From NCBI GenBank assembly GCA_937926755.1, contig CALBBA010000012.1:1-44819 (forward strand): 44,819 nucleotides of DNA. Direction: 5' to 3'. Both the position numbers and the translations under genes were made by a program. A model generated the notes under the pieces. The model made no database searches. It was not told the origin of the DNA and saw nothing but the letters and a program-made list of their open reading frames with translations. Positions 11,674 to 21,031 of this stretch are shown piece by piece (the first letter of the stretch is position 1; each line of letters begins with the position of its first letter). Source of the DNA: an uncultured Collinsella sp. (lineage in GTDB: Bacteria > Actinomycetota > Coriobacteriia > Coriobacteriales > Coriobacteriaceae).

Positions 11674-11706
11674 GCGCCATCGACTCCTTGTGATTCGATG
11701 GCGCTT
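11674..11706 (+). terminator. Hairpin after uvrA
   Basis: GCGCCATCGA (11674-11683) pairs with TCGATGGCGC (11695-11704). The U-tract is weak. Confidence 0.5.
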
Positions 11707-11785
11707 GCTGTGCCGAAGTGACGTATGCAGCCGAATTGGACATATACTTAATCCTTGCGTCCGAATGCGAGGGAAAGGATATGTC

Positions 11786-12286
11786 ATGGCAAAGGCTGTA
11801 AAGACGCCAAAAACCAATGCGATGCGCGAGCTGGAAAGCGCCGGCATTTCCTATGTTCTACATACGTACGAAGACGATGGTGATGAGTCGGTGGGCCTGG
11901 GTGTCGCGATTTCGGAGCAGCTTGGCGAGGAGCCCGGTCAAGGATTTAAGACTTTGGTCTGCGTGACACCGTCCAACGACTATGTCGTGTGCTGTATCCC
12001 TGTTGCCGACGAGCTCGATCTAAAGTCCGCCGCGCGTGCCGCGGGGGAGAAGTCCTTGGCCATGATGCATGTGAAGGATTTGCTTGCGGCGACTGGCTAC
12101 GTTCGCGGCGGCTGCAGCCCGGTCGGTATGAAAAAACGCTACCGGACGCTCATTGATGAGACATGTGTCCTTTGGGATACCATTTTTATTTCGGGAGGCA
12201 AGCGTGGTTATCAGCTCGAGCTTGCACCCGATGATTTAATTGCATTTTGCGGGGCGACGGTTGCCGCGATTACGAGAGAGGACTGA
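11786..12286 (+). CDS. ybaK: Cys-tRNA(Pro) deacylase (YbaK/EbsC family)
   Basis: KTNAMRELE, FKTLV, LDLK, TGYVRGGCSPVGMKK, SGGKRG. Confidence 0.93.
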   Translation: MAKAVKTPKTNAMRELESAGISYVLHTYEDDGDESVGLGVAISEQLGEEPGQGFKTLVCVTPSNDYVVCCIPVADELDLKSAARAAGEKSLAMMHVKDLLAATGYVRGGCSPVGMKKRYRTLIDETCVLWDTIFISGGKRGYQLELAPDDLIAFCGATVAAITRED

Positions 12287-12289
12287 GCG

Positions 12290-13972
12290 ATGCCGCAGGA
12301 AGAATTGAAGTGCGGAGCTCATTTTGCAAAAGAATCTGCGCCTCAGACACCCTCATCCGAAGCTTCTTCGTCGCGAGACGACACTGACGACATGGGCTCG
12401 TCGGACTACTCCACGGTTGGTCGTTCCGCCGGGCTTATGACCATCCTGACCATTGTGTCTCGCGTCACCGGTTTTATCCGCACGTGGGCAATGGCGGCCG
12501 CTATCGGCATGTCGCTGCTCTCGTCCTCCTATCAGGTCGCCAACAACCTGCCCAATATGCTCTACGAACTCGTGATGGGCGGCATGCTCGTGACGGCGTT
12601 TTTGCCCGTGTACATGGGCGTGAGGCGTGAGCAGGGTCGCGAGGCCTCGAACGAGTACGTGGGCAACCTGCTCGGCATTCTGCTTTTGGTGCTGGGTGGC
12701 ATTTCGTTTCTGGGGACCGTGTTCGCCCCGGGCTTTATCTGGACGCAATCGTTCCTTTCGGGTGACGGCGGCAGCATGGATACCGCTGCGTTCATGTTCC
12801 GTTTCTTTGCCATCCAGATTCTGTTTTATGGTTTGGGCTCGGTGTTCTCGGGCGTTCTCAATGCACACCGCGACTACTTCTGGTCGACGTTTGCCCCGGT
12901 CCTCAACAATGTGATCGTCATTGCGAGCTTTATGGGTTTTGCGCCCGTGTCCGCACAGTTTGGCGAACGTGCCGGCATCATCTTGATTGCGGCCGGTACG
13001 ACCCTCGGTGTCTTTGTTCAGATGGCATGTCAGATTCCCGCGCTTAGCAAGCACGGCGTGCATCCCCATATCCATATCGACTTTAAGGACCCCGCGCTGC
13101 GCCAGACGATTGCGCTCGGTATCCCGACGCTGCTCGCCACGGTGTGCATGTTTGTCTCGACTTCTATCACCAACGCTGCCGCGCTGGTGGTCCAGCCCGA
13201 GACTGGTCCTTCCGTCATCGCCTATGCGCGCCTGTGGTACACGCTGCCCTACGCGCTGATTGCCGCCTCGCTTTCGACGGCGCTCTATACCGAGCTCTCT
13301 CACGACGCACAGGAGAAGGATTACGACAGCGTACGCACGGGCATTTCGCGTGGCGTCGCCCAGATGCTGTTCTTCCTGATTCCGTTCGCACTGTACCTGA
13401 TTGTCTTCGCACGTCCGCTCAACATGATCTACTGCGCTGGCAAGTTCGATGAATCCGGAGTGGCGCTGGTGTCCGAGTACCTTGTCTACCTGGCGCTCTC
13501 GCTGCCGCTCTACGGCGTGGTCGTGTTGATGCAGAAGAGCTTCTCTGCCTTGCTCGACATGAAGCCCTATAGCCGCTATTGCCTGTATTCTGCCATCGGC
13601 CAGGCCGGCTCGGTTCTGCTGTTTGGCGTTGTACTGGGCTTCGGTATGCCGGCAATCGCGCTTTCGTATGTCGTCGACTACGTGATCTTGGTCGGCTGTT
13701 CGCTGTGGTGGCTGCGTCGTCGCCTGCGTGGCCTTCAGGTCAAATCTATCCTGCATGGCGGTTTCTTTGGCCTTTTGCTCGGTGGCCTGGGTGCTGCCGC
13801 AGGCGCCGGCGTCATGTGGGCGCTTGAGCACTTTGTCGGGGCACTTGGCGGCTCGATTCTGATTACTCTTGGCTACGTTTGCGTTGCGGGTGTCGTCTCG
13901 CTTGCTGTTACCTTTGGCCTTGCCGTCGTCCTTAAGATGCCTGAGGTCTCGGCGCTGCTTCGTCGCAAGTAG
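12290..13972 (+). CDS. murJ: Lipid II flippase MurJ (MviN family)
   Basis: SRVTGFIR, YQVANNLPNMLYELVMGG, GVLNAH..APVLNN and many hydrophobic helices. The true start could be a little downstream. Confidence 0.9.
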   Translation: MPQEELKCGAHFAKESAPQTPSSEASSSRDDTDDMGSSDYSTVGRSAGLMTILTIVSRVTGFIRTWAMAAAIGMSLLSSSYQVANNLPNMLYELVMGGMLVTAFLPVYMGVRREQGREASNEYVGNLLGILLLVLGGISFLGTVFAPGFIWTQSFLSGDGGSMDTAAFMFRFFAIQILFYGLGSVFSGVLNAHRDYFWSTFAPVLNNVIVIASFMGFAPVSAQFGERAGIILIAAGTTLGVFVQMACQIPALSKHGVHPHIHIDFKDPALRQTIALGIPTLLATVCMFVSTSITNAAALVVQPETGPSVIAYARLWYTLPYALIAASLSTALYTELSHDAQEKDYDSVRTGISRGVAQMLFFLIPFALYLIVFARPLNMIYCAGKFDESGVALVSEYLVYLALSLPLYGVVVLMQKSFSALLDMKPYSRYCLYSAIGQAGSVLLFGVVLGFGMPAIALSYVVDYVILVGCSLWWLRRRLRGLQVKSILHGGFFGLLLGGLGAAAGAGVMWALEHFVGALGGSILITLGYVCVAGVVSLAVTFGLAVVLKMPEVSALLRRK

Positions 13973-15919
13973 GTGCGTGTGGCCGGTCACGACAACATTC
14001 CAACGCTTGCCGAGCAGGTTTCGCGCGTTCCCACACAGCCCGGATGCTACCTTTGGAAGGATGCCAAGGGCGATGTCATCTACGTGGGCAAGGCAAAAAA
14101 CTTGCGTTCCCGTATGCGCCAGTACGTGACACTGCAGGATGAGCGTCAAAAGATCCCGCTGATGATGCAGCTGGTGGCGAGCTTTGACTATATCGTGGTG
14201 GAGACCGAGCACGAGGCGTTGGTGCTCGAGCGCAATTTGATTGGTCAGTACCATCCGTACTTTAACGTCGACCTCAAGGATGACAAGAGCTACCCCTTTA
14301 TCGCCATTACAAAGGGCGACCTGTATCCCGCTATCAAATATACGCGCGAGCGTCATAAGCCGGGAACGCGTTATTTTGGTCCCTATACCGATAGCCGTGC
14401 GGCACGTGAGACGATAGATACGCTGCGCAAGGTTATCCCCATCTGCTCCGCATCCTGTGCGGAGTGGCGTCGTTGTCGTCGTATCGTCGAGTCCCACAGG
14501 GGCGAGGAAGACATCGTCAATATGATTTGCGCGCAAAACGGGCGTCCCTGCTTTGACTACCATGTCGGGCGCGGCCCGGGTGCGTGTGTCGGCGCGATTT
14601 CTCCTACGGACTATGCCAAGAACGTCAAACGTGTCGAACGTTTTTTGTCGGGCCATCGCAAGGATGTCGTCGATGAGCTGACCTCCGAGATGACGGATGC
14701 CGCCGAGGCGCTCGACTTTGAGCGCGCGGCACGCGTCAAACGTCGTTTGGAGGTCATCAGGGGTCTGGACGACCGTCAGCAAGTCGTTTTTCCCTCCAGT
14801 GTCGATATCGATGTCATCGGTTTCTATCGCGAGGAGACCATCTCCGCCGCTTGCGTCTTTGTCGTGCGTGAGGGTCGAACGGTTCGAACCTGCGAGTTTA
14901 TTCTCGATAAGGGTTTGGATGTCGACGAAGAGGAGCTTCAATCGGGCTTTCTTAAGCGCTATTACGACGAGACGGCTGATATTCCAGCTGAGATAAACCT
15001 CTCTGTCGAGCTTGAGGATGCGGAGGCGCTGGGGGAGTGGCTTGCGGGCAAGCGTGAGCGTTCCTGCCATCTCCATAGGCCGCAGCGTGGCGAAAAGCAC
15101 CGTCTGCTCGATATGGCATCCAAAAATGCGCGCCATGCCCTCATGCGCTACATGATGCGAACGGGGTACGCTGACGACCGCACCAATCAAGCGCTCCTGG
15201 AGCTCGAAAGCGCGCTGGCGCTGCCGGCGCCGCCGATGCGTATCGAGTGCTTCGATATCTCTACACTGCATGGCACCTTTACGGTCGCCTCGATGGTGGT
15301 GTTTACCAACGGGCGCGCCGACAAGAGTCAGTATCGTCGTTTTAAAATTCAGGCCGAATTGGACGAGGCAAACGACTTCGTGTCGATGTCCGAGGTTTTG
15401 GGACGACGCTATGCTCCCGAGCGCATGGCCGACGAGCGTTTTGGCTCGCGCCCCGATTTGCTCGTTGTCGATGGCGGTAAGCCGCAATTGACCGCTGCGA
15501 TCAAGCAACTTGAGGCTCTTGGGCTCGATATACCAGTTTGTGGCTTGGCAAAGGCCGATGAGGAAGTTTTTGTGCCTTGGGACGAGACTCCCGTCGTGCT
15601 GCCGACCGGGTCTGCTTCGCTCTATCTAATTAAACAGGTGCGCGATGAATCGCACCGTTTTGCAATCACATTCCATCGTGAGTTGCGCGATAAAGCCATG
15701 ACAGTTTCGGTACTCGATGACGTTCCAGGCGTGGGACCCACCAGAAAACGTGCCCTTATGCGCCATTTTGGTTCGATGAAGCGTTTGCGCGCGGCGAGCG
15801 AGCAAGAGATCGCGGAAGTTCGCGGCATACCTGCCGATGTTGCCAAGGCGGTCCACGAGGCGCTCGTTGCGTGGAATGCCGAGCGCGCCGAGGCGGCGGC
15901 TGGCCATTCCGATAGCTAA
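13973..15919 (+). CDS. uvrC: Excinuclease ABC subunit C
   Basis: GIY-YIG (PGCY..IYVGKAKNLRSR), UVR domain, RIECFDIS, VDGGKPQL, RDESHRFA, HhH (PGVGP). GTG start at 13973 or 13979. Confidence 0.97.
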   Translation: MRVAGHDNIPTLAEQVSRVPTQPGCYLWKDAKGDVIYVGKAKNLRSRMRQYVTLQDERQKIPLMMQLVASFDYIVVETEHEALVLERNLIGQYHPYFNVDLKDDKSYPFIAITKGDLYPAIKYTRERHKPGTRYFGPYTDSRAARETIDTLRKVIPICSASCAEWRRCRRIVESHRGEEDIVNMICAQNGRPCFDYHVGRGPGACVGAISPTDYAKNVKRVERFLSGHRKDVVDELTSEMTDAAEALDFERAARVKRRLEVIRGLDDRQQVVFPSSVDIDVIGFYREETISAACVFVVREGRTVRTCEFILDKGLDVDEEELQSGFLKRYYDETADIPAEINLSVELEDAEALGEWLAGKRERSCHLHRPQRGEKHRLLDMASKNARHALMRYMMRTGYADDRTNQALLELESALALPAPPMRIECFDISTLHGTFTVASMVVFTNGRADKSQYRRFKIQAELDEANDFVSMSEVLGRRYAPERMADERFGSRPDLLVVDGGKPQLTAAIKQLEALGLDIPVCGLAKADEEVFVPWDETPVVLPTGSASLYLIKQVRDESHRFAITFHRELRDKAMTVSVLDDVPGVGPTRKRALMRHFGSMKRLRAASEQEIAEVRGIPADVAKAVHEALVAWNAERAEAAAGHSDS

Positions 15920-16284
15920 ACACGAGCCTAAACTACTGATATACATGATTGCGTGATTTTCAACCATTTATTTCGCCATGATTGCATGCTGGTTTCGGGT
16001 TTTATTAACGCTAAAACGTTTGACTAGTCATGGTGAACAACCCTGCTATCCTGCGGGTTGACGAAGACTGATATCTCACCTCGTCGATACATACTGTCTG
16101 GCGAATCATTTGTCAATGAATTCGGTGAACGGTAGTAAATACCGTTCAAGCGTATGTATGTATCGGTCGCCGAGCGCGGCACCTCAGTTGGGTTCGTCGG
16201 TAGGTAAGGTATATATCGTCCGCAAGTTGCGCGGGGGCAAGTCTAGGTGCTCCCGAGTAAGATTCTCTATTGATAGGAGAAGAC

Positions 16285-17898
16285 ATGGCCATCATCAACA
16301 AGGGTATGTCCAGGCGTTCGTTCCTCGGCCTCACCGGCAGCGTCGCTGCTGTCGCCGGCCTTGGTCTCACTGGCTGCGGTGGCAGCTCTAGCGACGAGGG
16401 TTCCGCTTCCGGCTCCACCGATTCCGCCAACCGTGGCGGCGGCGTGATCACCGCTGGTTCCGCTTACGCTCCGTCCAGCTTCGATCCCGCCAGCACCGGC
16501 TCCGCTGTGGGCCTGGGTGCTAACTGGCACGTCGTCGAGGGCCTCTACGGCATCGATTACCACGACTACAGCACCTTCAACGAGCTCGCCACCGACGATC
16601 CCAAGTCTGTGGACGACACCACTTTCGAGGTCACCATCCGCAAGGGCGCCAAGTTCTCCGATGGCACCGAGGTCACCGCTGACGATGTCGTTGCCTCCTA
16701 CACCGCTTGCGCCGCTTCCGCTACCTATGCTCCGTTCTTCCAGCCCTTCGAGTCCATCGAGGCCAAGGACGCCAGCACCGTGACGGTCAAGACCAAGGTC
16801 CCCAACTTCTCCCTGCTCAAGGATCGTCTGGCCATCGTCCGCGTTACCCCGGCCACCCAGACCGAGGAGGATCGCGCCAAGCAGCCGATCGGCTCCGGCC
16901 CCTGGATGTACGACTCTATCTCCGATACCGAGATCACCCTGGTTCCCAACCCCGAGTACAACGGTGAGTATGCTGCCGAGGATAAGAAGATCCAGTACAG
17001 CATCCTGACCGACCCCACTGCTCGCGTTACCGCTCAGCAGGAGGGCTCCACGCTCGTTATGGAGCTCGTTACCGCTGACGCCGTCGACCAGCTCGAGAGC
17101 GCCGGCTGCAAGATTGACAACGTTCAGGGTTTCGGCACCCGCTTCATCATGTTCAACGTCGCCAAGGAGCCTTGGAACAACGTCAAGGTCCGTCAGGCTG
17201 TCATGTATGCGCTCGACACCGAGAAGATGGTCAGCAACACCTTCGCCGGCCTTGCCACCGCTGCCAGCTGCTACCTGCCCAAGAGCTTCACCAACTATCA
17301 TGAGGCTTCCACGGTGTACAAGACCGACACCAAGAAGGCTAAGAAGCTCATCGAGGAGTCTGGCATCACCCCGGGTGCCATCACCCTGCGCACCACCGAC
17401 AACGAGCAGATTAAGGGCATGGCCGCCCAGGTCAAGAACGACCTCGACGCTCTCGGCTTCGATGTGACCATCCAGACCGATACCTCGCCGGCCACCTACG
17501 CCGCCATCGACGGCGGCGAGGCCTACGATATCCTCCTTGCCCCTGGCGATCCTTCCTGCTTCGGCGCCGACCCCGACCTGCTGCTCAACTGGTGGTACGG
17601 CGACAACGTCTGGATGCAGACCCGTTGCCCGTGGAAGGAGTCCGCTGAGTGGCAGAAGCTCCACGGTCTCATGGACGAGGCTCTTGCCGCCGAGGGCGAC
17701 GAGCAGCAGAAGAAGTGGAACGAGTGTTTCGACATCATTGCCGACAACGCCGTTCTGTACCCCGTTGTCCACGTCAAGACCGTCTCCGCTTCTTGGGACG
17801 ATCCGTCCACTGCGCCCAATGGCGAGGCCCTCGATGGTTTCAAGGGCATCGGCACGACGAGCATGTCCTTCAGGGGCGTTGCGACCGTCAAGGCGTAA
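16285..17898 (+). CDS. ABC transporter family-5 solute-binding lipoprotein, probably for sialic acid
   Basis: Twin-arginine signal SRRSFLG and lipobox LTGC; SBP_bac_5 motifs (AKFSDGTEVTADDV, PIGSGPW, NVKVRQAV). First gene of a cluster with nanA/K/E, which is the basis for the substrate guess. Confidence 0.85.
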   Translation: MAIINKGMSRRSFLGLTGSVAAVAGLGLTGCGGSSSDEGSASGSTDSANRGGGVITAGSAYAPSSFDPASTGSAVGLGANWHVVEGLYGIDYHDYSTFNELATDDPKSVDDTTFEVTIRKGAKFSDGTEVTADDVVASYTACAASATYAPFFQPFESIEAKDASTVTVKTKVPNFSLLKDRLAIVRVTPATQTEEDRAKQPIGSGPWMYDSISDTEITLVPNPEYNGEYAAEDKKIQYSILTDPTARVTAQQEGSTLVMELVTADAVDQLESAGCKIDNVQGFGTRFIMFNVAKEPWNNVKVRQAVMYALDTEKMVSNTFAGLATAASCYLPKSFTNYHEASTVYKTDTKKAKKLIEESGITPGAITLRTTDNEQIKGMAAQVKNDLDALGFDVTIQTDTSPATYAAIDGGEAYDILLAPGDPSCFGADPDLLLNWWYGDNVWMQTRCPWKESAEWQKLHGLMDEALAAEGDEQQKKWNECFDIIADNAVLYPVVHVKTVSASWDDPSTAPNGEALDGFKGIGTTSMSFRGVATVKA

Positions 17899-18055
17899 GA
17901 CTCGCTTGAGTCTGTATGCAGGATGTCGGTCGTTGGGACCGTATCCTCATAGTTGAAACAAAGACCCGGGCGACCTCGATGTCGCTCGGGTCTTGTAATG
18001 AGTATCCGTACTCATATACCAGTTGGTCCTACCGACAAAAGAAAGGGGAGAGAAC

Positions 18056-19012
18056 GTGAACAACTTGCTACGTTTGATTGGAAGGCGTCTTGTGGCGCTG
18101 CCGATCATGGCATTGGGCGTCACCGTCCTGGTGTTCTTCCTTATGTCGTTCTCCAAGACCGACCCCGCCTACACGGCGTTGGGTGACGGTGCCTCGCCCG
18201 AGGCGGTTGCCGAGTACCATGAGAAGTATGGTCTGGACGACCCCTGGCCCGTGCGCTACGTGCGCTATATGGGCGATTTGATCCATGGCGACATGGGCAC
18301 CTATGGTGCTGCCCGCAACTCCGTTGCCAAGCGCATCTCCACGGCCCTGCCCGTCACGATGCAGCTGACCTTCATCGGTCTTGCCATCGGTGCGGTCGTT
18401 TCGTTTTTGCTCGGCGTCATCGCGGCACTGTATCGCGACAAATGGCCGGACCAAGTAATCCGTGTCTTTTCCATCGCCGGCTTGGCAACCCCGTCGTTCT
18501 GGCTTGCCGTTCTGTTGATCCTGCTGTTCTCTTCCTACCTTAAGGTGCTCCCGGCATCGGGCGCTCTGCCTCACTTCACCACGAATCCGGTTGGCTATCT
18601 GGGGCGTATGATCATGCCCGCTATCGCCTTGGCATTTCCGCTGACGGGCCAGATGACTCGTATCGTGCGTACCGCCATGGTCGAGGAGCTCGACAAGGAT
18701 TATGTCCGTATGGCTCGCGGCGCCGGCGTTCCCGAGAAGGTCGTCGTCGGCATCAACGTTCTTCGCAATGCGCTGATCACCCCGGTCACCACCCTCGGTC
18801 TTAAGATCGGTTACCTCATGGGCGGTGCCGTCGTCATCGAGGTTATCTTCAACCTCCCCGGCATGGGCACCGCGATTCTGCAGGGCGTTCAGGGCAACGA
18901 GGCGAACCTGGTTCAGGGCGTCGTCATCGTCGTTGCTCTTGCCTTCATCATCATCAACATCGTGGTTGACATGCTCTACCTGCTCATCAACCCGCGCATC
19001 AGGACGGTGTAG
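18056..19012 (+). CDS. ABC transporter permease (DppB/OppB type) of the putative sialic acid transporter
   Basis: GLDDP..RY, TPSFWLA, DYVRMARGAG, VIEVIFNLPGMG. GTG at 18056 after AAAGGGGAG. Confidence 0.9.
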   Translation: MNNLLRLIGRRLVALPIMALGVTVLVFFLMSFSKTDPAYTALGDGASPEAVAEYHEKYGLDDPWPVRYVRYMGDLIHGDMGTYGAARNSVAKRISTALPVTMQLTFIGLAIGAVVSFLLGVIAALYRDKWPDQVIRVFSIAGLATPSFWLAVLLILLFSSYLKVLPASGALPHFTTNPVGYLGRMIMPAIALAFPLTGQMTRIVRTAMVEELDKDYVRMARGAGVPEKVVVGINVLRNALITPVTTLGLKIGYLMGGAVVIEVIFNLPGMGTAILQGVQGNEANLVQGVVIVVALAFIIINIVVDMLYLLINPRIRTV

Positions 19013-19015
19013 ATT

Positions 19016-21031
19016 ATGGTAAAGATTCGAGAGAAGCAAACCGAGCAGCTCGAGAAGGCTGCCTCCAAGGGGCTCAAGCTCGGTGGCTGGAAGAAGATGA
19101 CGCTGTCTTCTAAGATTGCCGCCGTCGTGCTGGTGCTGGTCGCCCTGACTGCGATTCTGGCGCCCCTTCTTGCCCCCTATAGCCCGGTCGAGATCTTTAC
19201 GGCTCGCCAGGCTCCCGGCAACGGATTTATCTTCGGTACCGACGATAAGGGTCGCGACATTCTGTCGCGTATGCTCTACGGTGGTCGTTACTCGCTGATT
19301 ATCGGCTTTGGCGCCACTGCCATGGCTCTGGTCTGCGGCTCGGTCGTGGGCGCCCTTGCAGCGGTTTCGCGCAAGGCCGTCTCCGAGACGATCATGCGTA
19401 TCTTGGACATCATCATGTCCATCCCGGGCATCGCCCTCGCGGCCGTCTTCGTCTCCATCCTGGGCAACTCCGTGCCGTCGATCATCTTCGCCATCGGCTT
19501 TATGTACACTCCGCAGATTGCCCGTATCGTACGCGCCAATATCGTGTCCGAGTACGGCGAGGACTATGTCCGCGCGGTCATCGTTTCCGGCGCCAAGGCT
19601 CCGTGGATTTTGATTAAGCATGTTCTGCGTAACTGCATCGCCCCGATCATGGTCTTCACCGTTACCCTGGTCGCCGACGCCATCATCTTCGAGGCCTCGC
19701 TGACCTTCATCGGCGCTGGTATCCAGGAGCCCACCGCTACCTGGGGCAACATCCTCGCCGACGCCCGCGGCGGCGTGCTCGCCGGTCGTTGGTGGCAGGC
19801 GCTGTTCCCGGGCCTAGCCATCATGATCACCTGCCTGGCGCTCAACATCCTCTCCGAGGGCATTACCGACGCCATGGCCGCTGCTCCCTCCGCTGCCCTG
19901 GATCCTACCGATTCCTCCAAGCGTCGCGAGGCCGACCTGCTGGTCTCCGACCCCGTTCGCGCCTACAAGGAGCAGGCCCAGTCCCTCTCCGCTCGCCTTG
20001 GCGCCCTGCGCGATGTCGAGCTCAAGCGTGACGATCGCCACGTGCCCGACGAGTCCGTTGAGCCGATTCTCTCGGTCCGTGACTTCTGCATCCAGTTTGA
20101 GCATCACGGTGATATCAACGTCGTCGACCATGTCAACTTTGACGTTCGTCCTGGTCAGACCATGGGCCTGGTGGGCGAGTCCGGTTGCGGTAAGTCCATC
20201 ACCACGCTGGCCATCATGGGCCTGACCGACGATGACGAGCATCTTTCCGGCGAGGTTCTCTGGGAGGGTCGCGACCTGCTCAAGATGAGCAAGAAGGAGT
20301 GGTTCGGCCTGCGCGGTACCGATATCGCTATGGTCTATCAGGACGCCCTGTCCTCGCTTAATCCCTCCATGCTCATCTCTGCCCAGATGAAGCAGCTCAC
20401 CAAGCGCGGCGGAACCCGCAGCGCCGAGGAGCTCCTGGAGCTCGTCGGCCTCGATCCCAAGCGCACGCTCGAGAGCTATCCGCACGAGCTTTCCGGCGGC
20501 CAGCGTCAGCGTGTCCTGATCGCTATGGCCCTTACCCGCGACCCCAAGCTGGTCATCTGCGACGAGCCCACGACCGCTCTGGACGTTACCGTCCAGAAGC
20601 AGGTCATCAAGCTGCTCAACGATCTTCAGGCCAAGCTCGGCTTTGCCATGATCTTTGTTTCGCATGACCTGGCTCTGGTCGCCGAGGTTGCCCATAACAT
20701 CACGGTTATGTACGCTGGCCAGGTTATCGAGCAGGCACCCACCAAGGAGCTGCTCACCAACCCGATCCACGAGTACACCCGCGGTCTTCTGGGCTCCGTT
20801 CTGTCCATCGAGAGCGGCTCGGGCCGTCTGCACCAGGTCCCCGGCGCCGTTCCCAGCCCGCGCGATTTCCCCAAGGGCGATCGCTTCGCACCCCGCTCGA
20901 GCCATCCGCGTATTGGCCTGGATACCCGTCCGGTCTTCAAGCGCGTGCCCGGCACCGAGCACTTCTATTCCGAGCTCCCCGACGAGGTGCTCAAGGCAAA
21001 TGGTTTGACCCCTCACGCGGAGGTGATGTAG
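19016..21031 (+). CDS. Fused ABC permease (DppC type) and ATPase (DppD type)
   Basis: N-terminal GTDDKGRDILSR permease half; C-terminal GESGCGKS, YPHELSGGQRQR, DEPTTALD. Confidence 0.93.
   Translation: MVKIREKQTEQLEKAASKGLKLGGWKKMTLSSKIAAVVLVLVALTAILAPLLAPYSPVEIFTARQAPGNGFIFGTDDKGRDILSRMLYGGRYSLIIGFGATAMALVCGSVVGALAAVSRKAVSETIMRILDIIMSIPGIALAAVFVSILGNSVPSIIFAIGFMYTPQIARIVRANIVSEYGEDYVRAVIVSGAKAPWILIKHVLRNCIAPIMVFTVTLVADAIIFEASLTFIGAGIQEPTATWGNILADARGGVLAGRWWQALFPGLAIMITCLALNILSEGITDAMAAAPSAALDPTDSSKRREADLLVSDPVRAYKEQAQSLSARLGALRDVELKRDDRHVPDESVEPILSVRDFCIQFEHHGDINVVDHVNFDVRPGQTMGLVGESGCGKSITTLAIMGLTDDDEHLSGEVLWEGRDLLKMSKKEWFGLRGTDIAMVYQDALSSLNPSMLISAQMKQLTKRGGTRSAEELLELVGLDPKRTLESYPHELSGGQRQRVLIAMALTRDPKLVICDEPTTALDVTVQKQVIKLLNDLQAKLGFAMIFVSHDLALVAEVAHNITVMYAGQVIEQAPTKELLTNPIHEYTRGLLGSVLSIESGSGRLHQVPGAVPSPRDFPKGDRFAPRSSHPRIGLDTRPVFKRVPGTEHFYSELPDEVLKANGLTPHAEVM

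Noticed and set aside
9002..15508. Very long antisense ORFs (882 aa at 9002-11650 and 1051 aa at 12353-15508)
   Set aside because: They mirror uvrA and murJ-uvrC on the opposite strand, have no recognisable motifs, and are expected from high-GC codon bias.
16085..16165. Purine riboswitch (three-way junction with a GTAAA loop)
   Set aside because: The conserved joining sequences and loop-loop motifs are absent, and the downstream genes do not fit.
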